The notes under the pieces were generated by a model, which was not told where the DNA came from, made no database searches, and saw only the letters and a list, made by a program, of their open reading frames with translations. Made by a program: the position numbers and the translations under genes. A stretch of DNA of 64,000 bases from positions 14,322,110 through 14,386,109 of the forward strand of contig NC_134030.1 of assembly GCF_964204645.1 (NCBI RefSeq), written 5' to 3'. This document shows, piece by piece, positions 62,409 to 64,000 of the stretch. This DNA comes from Tubulanus polymorphus (taxonomy: Eukaryota; Animalia; Nemertea). The first letter of the stretch is position 1, and each line of letters begins with the position of its first letter.

Positions 62409-64000
62409 TGTTATGCGCAATTCTCATTTTCGATGTATATTCTTTTTCGTACTTGTTAACCTGTGTTTAATTATTAGGTTAGGGTTTATCTTTTTATTTA
62501 GTTCACTATTCAGTGTGTATACATGGATTTAGATTTTCATGAATAGTAGATTTAACATGTCCTGCTTAGTGTACTACACTTAATCGATCGCTGTATAAGC
62601 AGCTTATATACGAATACAGAATTTCAATATAAAGGGTTTTGGGTATTTTTCATGGACACTTGCCATGTGAGTGCTGTCCTGTACAGATCTCCTGATCTTT
62701 AGCTATCTACACCTAAATGTATATGATATCCATAAACTCGGTGAGTGTTAATCTGTACTGTTTTTCGTATCTTGATTATAATTGAGAAATGTTTAAAACT
62801 GAGATTTATTGTATTTTTGTTTGTTTCTATTGTAGTAAATCGTTTCAACGAGAATAATTAAAAACGTATTTATGATAATGCATATGAAGCTTATTGATTA
62901 AGTGTTGTTTTGGTCGTCGGTTACCACATCATTTACGAGTTTGAAGATGAATCAAGATCATGTATTGGAGACTGGAGAAGACAGTGCTGAAAAAGCTGAT
63001 TCATTGGGGCGAGGTAAAAGGAAGAAGCCTTTTACTGAAAAGGGTCGCAGTTATACTATCGACACGTTAGAGAAAAGATTGGAGAGTAAATATTCGGAGC
63101 TTCAAAAAAGACAAATTTACTTCAATCTATGTTGATGGACCCTGATTGTAAAAGTGATGTCATTGAACCTCAGTATAAATGATGGCTCACTTTGATAGAG
63201 ACGTTTTATCAGTATCATGATGATCTGTGCAAGTGCTATGATGATTCAGAACGCCAGGCATATTTAGGGAAATTTAATGACAGGGAAGAATTCATCAAAC
63301 GATTCAAGTCAGAGACAGAACAAAGGTTTAAAGAAAATGTTCAGTTACCGATACCCATTGTAGTGGAAGATGATGTACTGTCGCAGAAAAGCAAATATTC
63401 ATTCGATTCCCGTTCACGGCAGTCTTCGATCGGTAGAACTATTGTGTCTGCAAAGATTAAAGAAGCCCAACGCGTTGCTGAGCTCACTACCCGGGCAGCG
63501 GCACTAAGGAAAAAGCAGGCTTTGGATGAAACGAAGTTTTGCCTAAAACAGGAGGAGGAGGCTCTAGAGATAAATACGGAGTTAGCAGTAGCGGGTGGTC
63601 GATCTAAGGTTTTAGAAAGTCTAGGTGAAAACTTTGATCCTCTGAATCTCTCGAAACTGGTCCAGTTACGGTGAAGACACAATTGGGTCCGCTATCACAG
63701 CCTTTCATCCCCTGTCGGCCTATGGTGCCGACCGAGATACGCGAACAGGGTTGTGAACAACCGAGGAACGAATTCGCAGATGGATCAGCATGGATGTCGA
63801 CAATGGTGCGCCAGTTAAAAAAACCTACGGTGGACATTAAGAAGTTTAGTGGTAGCCCCCTTGAATACAATAGATTTATGCGTCAGTTCAAGGTTATGGT
63901 TATTCAAATATCTGATAACTATGATGAAAAATTGAATTATCTTGAACAGTTTACAATCGGCGAAGCGAACAAAATCGTGACAGGTTTCAGTTATCTTGAC
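62409..64000 (+). mobile_element. BEL/Pao LTR retrotransposon, 5' LTR (~62409-62928) and decayed gag; runs off the window
   Basis: Candidate TGT..ACA LTR. gag from about 62948 with stops, a Ser-rich and coiled-coil segment, then the BEL-type gag motif PTVDIKKFSGSPLEYNRFMRQF..EKLNYLEQFTIGEANKIV at about 63825-64000. Confidence 0.85.

Noticed and set aside
62909-62920. TGGTCGTCGG as the BEL/Pao primer-binding site
   Set aside because: It is not preceded by a CA LTR end, and the LTR boundary cannot be fixed without the 3' LTR.

Overview
This is eukaryotic, AT-rich DNA made almost entirely of nested mobile elements. The repeat types suggest a marine invertebrate animal (inference). I found no host gene I can support. 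Left to right: (1) a 5'-truncated, decayed Ty3/Gypsy element on the minus strand (RT-RNaseH-integrase-chromodomain) followed by a class I fusion (F-like) env gene with an extra C-terminal domain; (2) a SWIM-type transposase relic; (3) the 5' end of a second Gypsy (LTR, tRNA-Lys-like PBS, PNMA-type gag); (4) two inverted, partly deleted copies of a very AT-rich Polinton/Maverick-like endogenous virus (pPolB, integrase-chromodomain, A32-like ATPase, putative major and minor capsid proteins, many small membrane proteins, no protease seen); (5) Helentron/DINE-1-like non-autonomous elements, a 31-bp satellite, and a Penelope-type palindromic insertion carrying a minimal hammerhead ribozyme; (6) two nested hAT transposons, one with an apparently intact three-exon transposase, with 6-bp TSDs (clear for one, likely for the other); (7) MITEs and tRNA-like repeats; (8) the 5' end of a BEL/Pao element. 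The most striking observation is that most Polinton ORFs start at TAAATG, in two upstream contexts resembling poxvirus late and intermediate promoters, and copy 1 also holds a pair of mutually inverted long hairpins. This suggests a virophage-like dependence on a poxvirus-like cytoplasmic helper (hypothesis). All family assignments are by-eye motif recognition; no searches were run.
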